A DNA stretch of 64,000 nt from Octopus vulgaris (GCA_951406725.2 OX597843.1:4588001-4652000); one strand, 5' to 3'; positions 14,868 to 27,119 are shown, counted from the first letter of the stretch. Translations and numbers: made by a program. Notes: generated by a model not told the origin, from the sequence alone.

Positions 14868-15450
14868 TGGAAAGTGGGAGATACTCATGTGTAATTTACC
14901 TGCAGTGTAAATATAAATAAATGGAAAGTGGGAGATTCTCAGGTGTAATTTACCTGCAGTGTAAATATAAATAGGTGGAAAGTGGGAGATACTCAGGTGT
15001 AATTTACCTGCAGTGTAAATATAAATAAATATATTTACCTGCAGTGTAAATATAAATAAATGGAAAGTGGGAGATTCTCAGGTGTAATTTACCTGCAGTG
15101 TAAATATAAATAGGTGGAAAGTGGGAGATACTCAGGTGTAATTTACCTGCAGTGTAAATATAAATAAATATATTTACCTGCAGTGTAAATATAAATAAAT
15201 GGAAAGTGGGAGATTCTCAGGTGTAATTTACCTGCAGTGTAAATATAAATAAATATATTAGGTGTTAGGAAGGGCATCCAGCCGTAGAAACATTGCCAGA
15301 TCTGACTGGGCCTGGTGCAGCCTTCTGGCTTCCCAGATCCCTAGCTTGGAAAGCGGACGCTAAACGATGATGATGATGATATTTACCTGCAGTGTAAATA
15401 TAAATAAGCGGAAAGTGAGAGATACTCAGGTGTAGCTTACCTGCAGTGTG
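14868..15450. repeat. ~54-bp tandem array (with shorter partial units) in the putative PEDS1 3' UTR, interrupted by a retroposon tail at ~15260-15380
   Basis: Unit TGGAAAGTGGGAGATWCTCAGGTGTAATTTACCTGCAGTGTAAATATAAATAAA. About 10 copies of the TTACCTGCAGTGT core. Confidence 0.85.
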
Positions 15451-15502
15451 ATTTCCTTTGGAGTGAAACATTGAACAAAAAAACAAAATCACCCGTTGCC
15501 TT

Positions 15503-15763
15503 TTAGTCGATCTTCTTTGCCCATTTCATGTCGTCGGTCCGAGGTTTGTGTCCGGTGGTCTTCTCAATGATGTACTCCAAGCTGGACCAGAAGCGGATCT
15601 TCTCGAAGAGGAAGTTGAGCCAGCCGGTCGTGATACAAAAGTAGGTTTCGTGTGGTGCCACGTGGTGGATTCGGTGGTGTTTGCACGGGAGGATGATGTG
15701 GTACTTCTGAAGGAGCTGTATGTACCAGGGTAGACCGAAATAGGTGTGCGACCATTTGTGAAA
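15503..15763 (-). CDS. PEDS1: PEDS1/TMEM189 last coding exon (261 nt): FHKWSHTYFGLP...KHHRIHHVAPHETYFCITTGWLN...KPRTDDMKWAKKID*
   Basis: ttccAG acceptor (15764-15765) and TAA stop at 15503-15505. Contains the HKWSH and HHRIHH histidine boxes, YFCITTGW and PRxDDMKWA. The four exons total 692 nt and splice in frame to about 230 aa. Confidence 0.96.
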   Translation of the reverse strand, partial: FHKWSHTYFGLPWYIQLLQKYHIILPCKHHRIHHVAPHETYFCITTGWLNFLFEKIRFWSSLEYIIEKTTGHKPRTDDMKWAKKID

Positions 15764-16950
15764 CTGGAAACATCACCATGACGACGACGACGACGGCAGA
15801 GAGGGAGAGAAAGAAAAAGAAAAAAAAGGGAGAGAAAGAGAGAGGATTAAAGCTTGCTGTAATTATGATTTAAGATTACCAAAATAATTTAATATAATTA
15901 AAATTGAAAATTATCAAAAAAATTTCAGATTATCAAACTGTATTATTATTATTATTATTATTACTATTATTGCCTCTATGACTATAATGCTGCTACACCA
16001 ATCATTGGGTATGATTCCTTCATGGACAGCCTGGTTAACTATAAGGGCACAGACACATACACAGCTTGACATGTACACATCTAGATGCACATACATACAC
16101 ACACACACAGCCAGACAGGTACATGCCGGTGGCACGTATAAAGTACCATCCGATTGTGGCCGTTTGCCAGCCTCGCCTGGCCCCCGTGCCGGTGCCACCT
16201 AAAAAGCACCATCCGACCGTGGCCGTTTACCAGCCTCGTCTGGTCCCCATGGCAGTGGCACGTAAAAAGCACCATCCGAGCGTGGCCGTTTGCCAGCCCC
16301 GTCTGGCACCTGTGCCGGTGGCACGTAAAAAGCACCCACTACACTCACTGAGTGGTTGGCGTTAGCAAGGGCATCCAGCTGTAGAGACATTGCCAGATTA
16401 GATTGTGGGCCTGGTGCAGCCTCCTGGTTTCCCAGAGACCCAGTCGAACCATCCAATCCATGCCAGCATGGGAAACGGACGTTAAATGATGATGATGATG
16501 ATGTTGATTATGGCAGCTGGCAAAATGCTTCACGTCATTTTGTCAGTCTTCACATTCTGAGTCATCCCACTGGTTAGGCAAGTAAGCCAACAGTGACCCC
16601 TGATAAAAGGGGAGACTGGAACAATGAGAAATGAAGTGTCTTGCTCAAGAACACGACACACTGCACAGTCTGAGAATTGAACCCACAATCTTGCAATCAT
16701 TAGTGCAGCAACCTATAACCCTCCAGGTCACATACTCTCTTTACTCTTTTACTTGTTTCAGTCATTTGACTGCGGCCATGCTGGAGCACCGCCTTTAGTC
16801 GAGCAAATCGACCCCGGGACTTACTCTTTTTGTAAGCCCAGTACTTATTCTATCGGTCTCTTTTGCCGAACCGCTAAGTGACGGGGACGTAAACACACCA
16901 GCATCGGTTGTCAAGCAATGCTAGGGAGACAAACACAGACACACACATAC

Positions 16951-16985
<35 letters not shown>

Positions 16986-17321
16986 TATATACGACAGGCT
17001 TCTTTCAGTTTCCGTCTACCAAATCCACTCACAAGGCATTGGTCGGCCCGGGGCTATAGCAGAAGACACTTGCCCAAGATGCCACGCAGTGGGACTGAAC
17101 CCAGAACCGTGTGGTTGGTTAGCAAGCTACTTACCACACAGCCACTCCTTCACAATCACAATTTAAACTTGTTAAAATTTAAGATTATTATAATATTCAA
17201 TTCATTATCCATGCCTCACTCTCATAAATCATAACACTTCCTACACAAATAAGAAAAAAAATGAAAGGAAAGAAAAAGTGGTGTTGGCAGCATTGCGTGA
17301 CCAACACCAATACCAACCTAC

Positions 17322-17540
17322 CTGATTTGTCATGCTAACAAATACAGCTAGTAAGAATATATAGCATTCCCAGTTGTATGTGTCCCTAATTTGGTCGTAG
17401 GTGAAATGAGTGAACTTAAAAGACATGTGGAGCATGAACGGAATTGTGACGGCAAATGTGTCCCCGTTGGTCTCGATAAAGTCATGCCTGGTGATCGATG
17501 TAGGATCAATGTGATGTTCACGAAATGGGCGGATAAAGGC
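17322..17540 (-). CDS. PEDS1: PEDS1/TMEM189 exon C (219 nt): AFIRPFREHHIDPTSITRHDFIETNGD...SMTNQ
   Basis: ttgcAG acceptor (17541-17542) and CAG|GTAGGT donor (17316-17321). Contains the FREHH and HDFIETNGD motifs of the family. Confidence 0.96.
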
Positions 17541-18703
17541 CTGCAAAGGGACAATACAAAACGATAGAGAGAGAGGGAGAGAGTTACAGATGTCAGCTTT
17601 ATGATTCATTCTGTTTTGTTTTCATACGAGACGGAAAAACAGGACGAGCCAAGGGAAATAACTGTAATAGACAATAGGCATGAATTTATACAATTAAATT
17701 AAAGGATGAGTTTCCAGGTTAATAAATTCCAGTTTACAGCACACACACACATATATATATATATATCATTAATCCAAACATGAAAACACAACGTGAGGAT
17801 GTGGAACAAGTATAGTGTTATTGGACGCTTAGGAAAGGAAGGAAGGAGGGTTTAATGTTTTGAGCAGAGCTCTTTGTCAGAAACATAGAAAAAGGAAAGA
17901 TCCAAGGAAGGGAAGACGGAGGAAAAAAAAAAATCGCTAACGATACACATGCAGTGACATATTGAACGATATACACATATAGTAAGTGTGTGTGTCTTTC
18001 ATTTTTTACTTATTTCAGTCATAAGACTGCAGCCATGCTGGAGCACCACTAAAATATTTTAGTTGAATTAAGTGACCCAAGTACTAATTTTTTAAAGCTC
18101 AGTACTCATTTTATTGATCTCTTTTGCCAAACTGCTAAGTTGCAGCAATGTAAACACACCAGCACCAGTTATCAAGCAGAGGTTGGGGAGGTCAAATACA
18201 CACACACAATGGGCTTCTTTTAGTTTCCTTCTATAAGGTTTTGGTCAACCCGAGTGTAAGTTTTTCCCCATATCGAAGTTCGATAAAGCTACAAAAAGTT
18301 ATTTTGTAGTCCATGGTTAGCAGCTGGGGTGGGGCACAGTGTATGCAAATAAAAACCCTCTCCGGCGGGTTTACTTGGGATCCCTGCACGACAATATAAC
18401 CTTCATTTGACTAAGGTATCTTCGGCCTGGTGTATACCTGGCTGAGTATCCCTCATTGAGTAATTATTACTTCTGAGATTCTGCTTGCTATGAAACATAT
18501 GTAATCAGAATTTTACCTGCTCCATTCCTTTGATTTGGATATATCTGTGTGTGTGTGTGTCCCTCCCACTGCTAGATAACCTGTGTTGGTTTGTTCTTGT
18601 TCATGTCCCTATAACTTAACAGTTTGGCAAAGAGAGACCAACAGAACAATAGGCTTAAAAAATAAGTCCTGGAGTTTTGTTCGATTAAAACCCTTCATCT
18701 TCA

Positions 18704-19620
18704 TCATTGTTCAACCATGGTCGAGACAATGGAATTTACCATGCTACGCCAGACTTCACGGTCCATCATGGCATTACGGAGGTCCTGTTGCTGGATGCCT
18801 GTATCCCTGGAGATTACATCAGGGTAGGAGAGTGTGCGCCCTCTGGTATTGCGAGTAGATGGCTTCCAGAGGAGAAGAGTAGAGATTACCTCTTTTTCAG
18901 CTCTACCACAATGTCCAGCAAACTTGACTCTCCTACCTTTCACAAGAGATGACACAGGTGGTAGTTTCCCATATATTTGTATTTTGGTTGGATGGCACTT
19001 CCAAAAGAGAACCCTAACCCTAACCATCATCATCATCATTGTTCAACCGTGGTCGAGACAATGGAATTTACCATGCTACGCCAGACTTCACGGTCCATCA
19101 TGGCATTACGGAGGTCCTGTTGCTGGATGCCTGTATCCCTGGAGATTACATCAGGGTAGGAGAGTGTGTGCCCTCTGGTATCGCAACCGTGGTCGAGACA
19201 ATGGAATTTACTATGTTACGCCAGACTTCACAGTCCATCATGGCATTACGGAGGTCCTGTTACTGGATGCCTGTATCCCTGGAGATTACATCAGGGTAGG
19301 AGAGTGTACGCCCTCTGGTATTGCGAGTAGATGGCTTCCAGAGGAGAAAAGTAGAAATTATCTCTTTTTCAGCTCTACCACAATGTCCAGCAAACTGGAC
19401 TCTCCTACCTTTCACAAGAGATGATACAGGTGGTAGTTTCCCATATATTTGCATTTTGGTTGGATGACGCTTCCACGAGAGATTTTGAGCTCTCATAAGG
19501 AGGCGAGTGTAGGTTCCATCCAACCGCCTCTCAAGCTTCTTTGATAACGTCCAGGTTTCTGAGCCATATAGTAGAATTGGTTCGACTGTGGCTTTGAAGA
19601 TTTTAAGTTTGAAATCTCAA
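18704..19620 (-). mobile_element. RTE-like LINE 3' end (C-terminal part of the RT ORF), internally duplicated
   Basis: Translates to ...PILLYGSETWTLSKKLERRLDGTYTRLLMRAQNLSWKRH...RRVQFAGHC...AMMDREVWR..., followed by a (TGA)n tail. Confidence 0.85.
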
Positions 19621-22527
19621 CAACCCTGCAACCTATGGCTCTGAGATGATACTGGTGGTAGTTTTCCATATATTTGTACTTTGGTTGGATGGTGCTTCCA
19701 CAAGAGATTTTGAGCTCTCATAAGGAGGCGAGTGTAGGTTCCATCCAACCGCCTCTCAAGCTTCTTTGATAACGTCCAGGTTTCTGAGCCATATAGTAGA
19801 ATTGGTTCGACTGTGGCTTTGAAGATTTCAAGTTTGAAATCTCAACAACCCTGCAACCTATGGCTCTGAGATGATACTGGTGGTAGTTTTCCATATATTT
19901 GTACTTTGGTTGGATGACGCTTCCACGAGAGATTTTGAGCTCTCATAAGGAGGCGAGTGTAGGTTCCATCCAACCGCCACTCAAGCTTCTTTGATAACGT
20001 CCAGGTTTCTGAGCCATAGAGTAGAATTGGTTCGACTGTGGCTTTGAAGATTTTAAGTTTGAAATCTCAACAACCCTGCAACCTATGGCTCTGAGATGAT
20101 ACTGGTGGTAGTTTTCCATATATTTGTACTTTGGTTGGATGACGCTTCCACGAGAGATTTTGAGCTCTCATAAGGAGGCGAGTGTAGGTTCCATCCAACC
20201 GCCTCTCAAGCTTCTTTGATAACGTCCAGGTTTCTGAGCCATAGAGTAGAATTGGTTCGACTGTGGCTTTGAAGATTTTAAGTTTGAAATCTCAACAACC
20301 CTGCAACCTATGGCTCTGAGATGATACTGGTGGTAGTTTTCCATATATTTGTACTTTGGTTGGATGGTGCTTCCACGAGAGATTTTGAGCTCTCATAAGG
20401 AGGCGAGTGTAGGTTCCATCCAACCGCCTCTCAAGCTTCTTTGATAACGTCCAGGTTTCTGAGCCATAGAGTAGAATTGGTTCGACTGTGGCTTTGAAGA
20501 TTTTAAGTTTGAAATCTCAACAACCATGCAACCTATGGCTCTGAGATGATACTGGTGGTAGTTTTCCATATATTTGTACTTTGGTTGGATGACGCTTCCA
20601 CGAGAGATTTTGAGCTCTCATAAGGAGGCGAGTGTAGGTTCCATCCAACCGCCTCTCAAGCTTCTTTGATAACGTCCAGGTTTCTGAGCCATAGAGTAGA
20701 ATTGGTTCGACTGTGGCTTTGAAGATTTCAAGTTTGAAATCTCAACAACCCTGCAACCTATGGCTCTGAGATGATACTGGTGGTAGTTTTCCATATATTT
20801 GTACTTTGGTTGGATGACGCTTCCACGAGAGATTTTGAGCTCTCATAAGGAGGCGAGTGTAGGTTCCATCCAACCGCCTCTCAAGCTTCTTTGATAACGT
20901 CCAGGTTTCTGAGCCATATAGTAGAATTGGTTCGACTGTGGCTTTGAAGATTTCAAGTTTGAAATCTCAACAACCCTGCAACCTATGGCTCTGAGATGAT
21001 ACTGGTGGTAGTTTTCCATATATTTGTACTTTGGTTGGATGACGCTTCCACGAGAGATTTTGAGCTCTCATAAGGAGGCGAGTGTAGGTTCCATCCAACC
21101 GCCTCTCAAGCTTCTTTGATAACGTCCAGGTTTCTGAGCCATAGAGTAGAATTGGTTTGACTGTGGCTTTGAAGATTTTAAGTTTGAAATCTCAACAACC
21201 CTGCAACCTATGGCTCTGAGATGATACTGGTGGTAGTTTTCCATATATTTGTACTTTGGTTGGATGGTGCTTCCACAAGAGATTTTGAGCTCTCATAAGG
21301 AGGCGAGTGTAGGTTCCATCCAACCGCCTCTCAAGCTTCTTTGATAACGTCCAGGTTTCTGAGCCATAGAGTAGAATTGGTTCGACTGTGGCTTTGAAGA
21401 TTTTAAGTTTGAAATCTCAACAACCCTGCAACCTATGGCTCTGAGATGATACTGGTGGTAGTTTTCCATATATTTGTACTTTGGTTGGATGGTGCTTCCA
21501 CGAGAGATTTTGAGCTCTCATAAGGAGGCGAGTGTAGGTTCCATCCAACCGCCTCTCAAGCTTCTTTGATAACGTCCAGGTTTCTGAGCCATAGAGTAGA
21601 ATTGGTTCGACTGTGGCTTTGAAGATTTTAAGTTTGAAATCTCAACAACCCTGCAACCTATGGCTCTGAGATGATACTGGTGGTAGTTTTCCATATATTT
21701 GTACTTTGGTTGGATGACGCTTCCACGAGAGATTTTGAGCTCTCATAAGGAGGCGAGTGTAGGTTCCATCCAACCGCCTCTCAAGCTTCTTTGATAACGT
21801 CCAGGTTTCTGAGCCATAGAGTAGAATTGGTTCGACTGTGGCTTTGAAGATTTTAAGTTTGAAATCTCAACAACCCTGCAACCTATGGCTCTGAGATGAT
21901 ACTGGTGGTAGTTTTCCATATATTTGTACTTTGGTTGGATGACGCTTCCACGAGAGATTTTGAGCTCTCATAAGGAGGCGAGTGTAGGTTCCATCCAACC
22001 GCCTCTCAAGCTTCTTTGATAACGTCCAGGTTTCTGAGCCATATAGTAGAATTGGTTCGACTGTGGCTTTGAAGATTTCAAGTATGAAATCTCAACAACC
22101 CTGCAACCTATGGCTCTGAGATGATACTGGTGGTAGTTTTCCATATATTTGTACTTTGGTTGGATGACGCTTCCACGAGAGATTTTGAGCTCTCATAAGG
22201 AGGCGAGTGTAGGTTCCATCCAACCGCCTCTCAAGCTTCTTTGATAACGTCCAGGTTTCTGAGCCATAGAGTAGAATTGGTTTGACTGTGGCTTTGAAGA
22301 TTTTAAGTTTGAAATCTCAACAACCCTGCAACCTATGGCTCTGAGATGATACTGGTGGTAGTTTTCCATATATTTGTACTTTGGTTGGATGGTGCTTCCA
22401 CAAGAGATTTTGAGCTCTCATAAGGAGGCGAGTGTAGGTTCCATCCAACCGCCTCTCAAGCTTCTTTGATAACGTCCAGGTTTCTGAGCCATAGAGTAGA
22501 ATTGGTTCGACTGTGGCTTTGAAGATT
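19418..22527 (-). repeat. 225-bp tandem array (~14 units) derived from LINE coding sequence, inside a PEDS1 intron
   Basis: The marker CAACCCTGCAACCTATGG recurs every 225 bp from 19621 to 22321. Units differ by only a few substitutions. Confidence 0.95.
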
Positions 22528-22742
22528 GAAACCCTTCAAGGTAGAGTGCCCCAGCATGGCCAGAGTCCAAAGACTAAAATGAGTAAAAGAAGGAGAAAAG
22601 AAAGATACTGGGCAACGTTATATCCCATGACCTTCATTTTTTTTTTTAAAGAAGGAGAGAGATTTGACTGGTATTTCTAGCAAGAGAGGAGAACAGAAGC
22701 TAAGGTGGCCAGGTGAGTTAACATAAAATGGTGACTACTTAC

Positions 22743-22834
22743 TTTCCCAATCACAGGTAGGTCAACGCTACCCCAGGTGTCTGCAGACCAATGTACGAGA
22801 CCACTGAGAAAATCGGCTGTCAAGATGCCAAATA
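22743..22834 (-). CDS. PEDS1: PEDS1/TMEM189 exon B (92 nt): (I)[30 protein letters not shown]
   Basis: tttcAG acceptor (22835-22836) and GTAAGT donor (22737-22742). ADFxSGxVHWxADTWGS is the TMEM189/CarF family motif. The phase joins exon A and exon C correctly. Confidence 0.95.
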
Positions 22835-23443
22835 CTGAAAGGAAAGAAAAAATGGAAGGTCAATGTGGTGGTCATCATGGATGGAATGGCTGAGGTACAA
22901 TAGACTTGTGTGTGTCTATGTGTATGTGTGTGTGTCTATGTATTTACCTGTCTGGCTGTGTGTGTGTGTGTGTATGTATGTGTGCATGTCTAGGTGTGTA
23001 CGTGTCAAGCTGTATGGGTGTGTGTGTGTGTGTGAGTGTGCGTGTCTATGTGCATGTGTGTGTCTAGGTATGTACCTGTCAGTGTGTTTGTGTGCACGTC
23101 TAGGTGTGTACGCATCAAGCTCTGTGTATGTGTGTGTGTGTGTGTGTGTGAGTGTGTGTCTATGTTCATGTGTGTGTGTCTAGGTATTTACCTGTCTGGC
23201 TCTGTGTGTGTGTCTATGTGTCTGAGTGTGTGTGTGTGTGTGTATGTATGTGTGCATGTCTAGGTGTGTACGTGTCAAGCTGTGTGTGTGAGTGTGTGTC
23301 TACGTGCATGTGTGTGTGTCTAGATATGTACCTGTCTGGCTGTGTGTGTATATGTGTCTGAGTGTGTGTGTGTGTGTATGTATGTTTGTGTGTCTAGGTG
23401 TGTACATGTCAAGCTGTGTATGTGTGTGTGTGTGCCTGTATAG

Positions 23444-23800
23444 GTAATCAGGCTGTCCATGAAGGACTCATACCCAATGACTGGTGTAGCAGCATTATAG
23501 TCAACTTCCACAAAGGCAAAGGTGACGCCCCAGACAGAAATAATTACAGGGGCATCAAACTGCTTGATCAGGTGATAAAAGTTGCTCAATTGATTAGGGA
23601 GAGAGAGTTAGCCTAGATGAGATGCAGTTTGGTTTTGTGCTTGGAAACCTCTGTATCTGGCTTTTGCTGACATGGAGAAAGCCCTTGACAGGGTCCCTGC
23701 TCCCTTATCTGGTAGGCAATGCAGAAGCTAGGGATTGATGAGGGGTTAGTGAGAGCTTTACAGGCCATGTACAGGGATGCTGTTAGTAAGGTGAGAGAAT
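23444..23800 (+). mobile_element. Degenerate RTE-clade LINE reverse-transcriptase fragment
   Basis: IPNDWCSSIIVNFHKGKGDAPDRNNYRGIKLLDQV..., then QFGF and EKALDRVP-like motifs with frameshifts. Confidence 0.8.
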
Positions 23801-24275
23801 TTGAACTCAGCACGTCACGGCAGACGAAATACCGCTAAGCATTTCACCCAGTGTGCTAACGTTTCTGCCAGCTCGCCTGCCTAACCTCAATATCAATTTC
23901 TACTCTAGGCACAAGGCCCGACAATTTGGGAAGGGGGCCCAGTTGATTAGATAGACCTCAGTACGCAACTGGTACTTAATTTATCGACCCCTGAAAGGAT
24001 GAAAGGCAAAGTCGACCTCGGCGGAATTTGAACTCAGAACGTAACAGCAGACGAAATACCGCTAAGCATTTCGCCCGATGTGCTAACGTTTCTGCCAGCT
24101 CGCCACCTTTGCACTATCATAACCATCAACATCATCAGATTTTATCACCTGTCTTCCATGCTGGTAGGGGTTGGAGCAATTTCTTAGACAACACGTGAAG
24201 CCATTTGGGATTGTAATTCAAGGGCCAGAGGAAATTTGAGAGTTATTCAAGGGCTGTGATTGAATGGGTACTTAC

Positions 24276-24395
24276 TAGAAGATATAGCAATGAAATACAA
24301 ATTGTCTACCCTGAAATGTCTGATCAGGAAGAAGAAGTTTATGACGAACAGACAGACAGCCACATACAGGCAGATTAATTCCTGATAGCGTTTAC
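24276..24395 (-). CDS. PEDS1: PEDS1/TMEM189 internal exon A (120 nt): (G)KRYQELICLYVAVCLFVINFFFLIRHFRVDNLYFIAISS
   Basis: Minus-strand tgcAG acceptor (24396-24397) and GTAAGT donor (24270-24275). Open frame with phase 1 at both ends. The KRxQE start and hydrophobic helix match the N-terminal transmembrane region of TMEM189/Kua as recalled. Confidence 0.88.
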
Positions 24396-24450
24396 CTGCA
24401 ACGAGACAGAGACAGAAAATTTATAAACGAAGGAATCAAATAACAAAAAC

Positions 24451-24485
<35 letters not shown>

Positions 24486-24519
24486 TAATAATAACAATAA
24501 TAATAATAATAACAATAAT

Positions 24520-24775
24520 AATTCTTATCATAGTAGGTGCATTAGGCATGATAAAAAAATATTCAGACAAATACATAACAAAAACACCAGGACTTACAAA
24601 CACATATAACATACAGAAAATTGCACTACTAGGCACTGCACACATCCTACGCAGAACACTTTCCATACAATAACCATCAGAGCATCACAACAAATCACAG
24701 CACATACCCAAGGCACACAGAGCTGCGCTCGGTAGTGAAGTGAAAGCACGATATAAAAAATATACTACTGAAGAA
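24520..24775 (+). mobile_element. 3' end of an R4/Dong-like (restriction-like endonuclease) non-LTR element embedded in (AAT)n
   Basis: IIVGALGMIKKYSDKYITKTPGLTNTYNIQKIALLGTAHILRRTLSIQ* followed by a short 3' UTR, with AAT repeats on both sides. Confidence 0.75.
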
Positions 24776-25391
24776 TAATAATAATAATGATAATAATAAT
24801 AATTAATAATAATAATACATTCTTGTTTTATTGGCCACAAGGGCTAACCTCAATCAAAAAATATGTAAGGACAAACACAGGACGAAAGGTACAAAGGGTT
24901 TTGCGAAAAAGAAAGGTCTGTGTAAACATTCAAAATAACAGTGAAAAATATATGACAAATAAAACACTCAATAGGGGGAGGCGCTTCGAAAGGGTACTCG
25001 TGGAAAAACCCATAAAAGCCACGGGAGCCTGGTCAAAAAGAATAATAATAATAATGGGGGAGCATCATAGCCATGTGTTAAGAGGGATTCTTTGGGGTTT
25101 GGATAATTCACCTTTGGAAACATGGGTGGTTTGTTCAACATCCTTAAACAACCCTTATTCAGGGACCTTTTGAGCAGGATGGGCTACTCTACCAGAAGAA
25201 AATTCTAGCTGGGCCCCACCTGCAAGGTCATGTGCTGTTTATCTTGATATGAGATCACCATGTCGCGCACATATGGTTGTGGTGCATGTGCCTGGTGTAC
25301 CCTTATCAGACGGGCTTCGTATATTTTACCCCTGTGTCATTTTGATGGCATGCACTGCTCTCTCACTCAATAATAATAATAATAATAATAA

Positions 25392-25745
25392 AGTGGTATG
25401 AATATAAACTCGAAGGCATCATCGGAAATGATAATGCCAAGATCCTATGGGATTTTATGATTCGGTGTGATCATGAGATGGTGTTAATTGAGAAAGAAAG
25501 CAAATGATGCTGGATCATAGATATAGCATGCCCAGCTGATAACGGATGCGAAAAGGAAGAAAGCACAGTCGATAGATATGACAGGTTAGTTTGGGAGGTT
25601 GAGCAGTTGTGGTCGCTGAAAAGAAGTGGTAGTAGTACCAGTAATTATCAGAGCCCTGGGAGCAGTGAGTAGAAATCTTGAGAAGTGTAAGAAACAAATA
25701 GGGGCTGCAATAAGGGTGGAGTACTGTGATATTTTGAAGTGTTTG
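25392..25745 (+). mobile_element. Degenerate R4/Dong-like endonuclease fragment
   Basis: ENDNAKILWDFMIRCDH...CWIIDIACPAD...VVVVPVII-ALGAV with frameshifts. It begins right after an (AAT)n tract. Confidence 0.65.
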
Positions 25746-25850
25746 AGGGGGGACATTTGACAGAAGCAACTTCAGCTATGGGGCACGAAGAACTAGGTTC
25801 TTCACGATGACATTGCAACCTGTCGGGGAGCTCCCCAGCGTCAACTCGAT

Positions 25851-26016
25851 TCAACAGATTTAGCACCTGTGGACTTCCATCTCTTCCCCAAGATGAAAAT
25901 GCAGCTCAATGGTCACCGTTTTAATACCATTATTGAAACCCAGAGCAAACTGCAGAAGGACTTCAAATTGCTTACAGGAAACAACTTCCAGGCAGGGTTC
26001 CAAAAAGTGGCAGGAA
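25851..26016 (+). pseudogene. Mariner transposase C-terminal relic
   Basis: STDLAPVDFHLFPKMKMQLNGHRFNTIIE...FQAGFQK resembles the mariner YSPDLAPxD(F/Y)xLF motif. Confidence 0.72.
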
Positions 26017-26164
26017 GGCTTTCATCCTATCGGGCTCGATAAATTAAGTACCAGTTACGCACTAGGGTTGATGCAATCAACTTAATCCATTTGTCTGTCC
26101 TTGTTTGTTCCCTCTATGTTTAGCTCCTTGTAGGAAATAAAGAAATGAACATACCGACACACAC

Positions 26165-26223
<59 letters not shown>

Positions 26224-26385
26224 TACGACGGGCTTCTTTCAGTTTCCGTCTACCAAATCCACTCACAAGGCTTTGGTTGGCCGAGGCTATAGAAGAAGAC
26301 AGTTGCCCAAGGTGCCATGCAGTGGGACTGAACCCAGCACCATGTGGTTGGTTAGCAAGCTACTTACCACACAGCCACTCCTGCG

Positions 26386-26458
<73 letters not shown>

Positions 26459-26809
26459 CATCAATAACAGAGCTTTCATTTCCAATGCGGACGCAAGACC
26501 TAAACATTTCAACAGGGCCAAGGGAATAGTTGATTATCACTGACCCGACGTATGCAACTGGTATAGTGTTTTATCAACCCACCTACCCCCACACTGAAAA
26601 CCGAGGGGTCGGGGGGCACAAAACAATATATATATATATCAATAACAATAGTGATTTGTTTGAGTGTAACAAAGGCAATTAACCAATGAAAGAGGTTAGC
26701 AAATTGATTTACTGAAGAAAAGTGAAAATAGAAACAGAAACATCAATATAATCAATAATAGCAAGATCATCAATACGGAGGATACATAGCTATATATATA
26801 GATACGCAC

Positions 26810-26856
<47 letters not shown>

Positions 26857-26931
26857 CATATAGATAGATACGTGTGTGTGTATATATAAATACATATATA
26901 TATAGATAGATAGATAGATATATATATAGAG

Positions 26932-26964
<33 letters not shown>

Positions 26965-26988
26965 GATATATGTGTGTATGTGTGTATG

Positions 26989-27030
<42 letters not shown>

Positions 27031-27047
27031 TGTATATGTATGTGTGA

Positions 27048-27080
<33 letters not shown>

Positions 27081-27119
27081 TATGTATATGTATGTATGTG
27101 TGTGTGTATATATATATAG

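Noticed and set aside
19418-22527. Regular arrays considered as possible CRISPR arrays (also 34466-36020 and 51482-52500)
   Set aside because: Units are near-identical along their whole length, with no unique spacers and no cas genes, in a eukaryotic context.
25800-25845. Minus-strand RWGAPRQ resembling the PEDS1 exon-1 RWG motif
   Set aside because: An in-frame stop follows within a few codons, there is no suitable donor, and it abuts a mariner relic.
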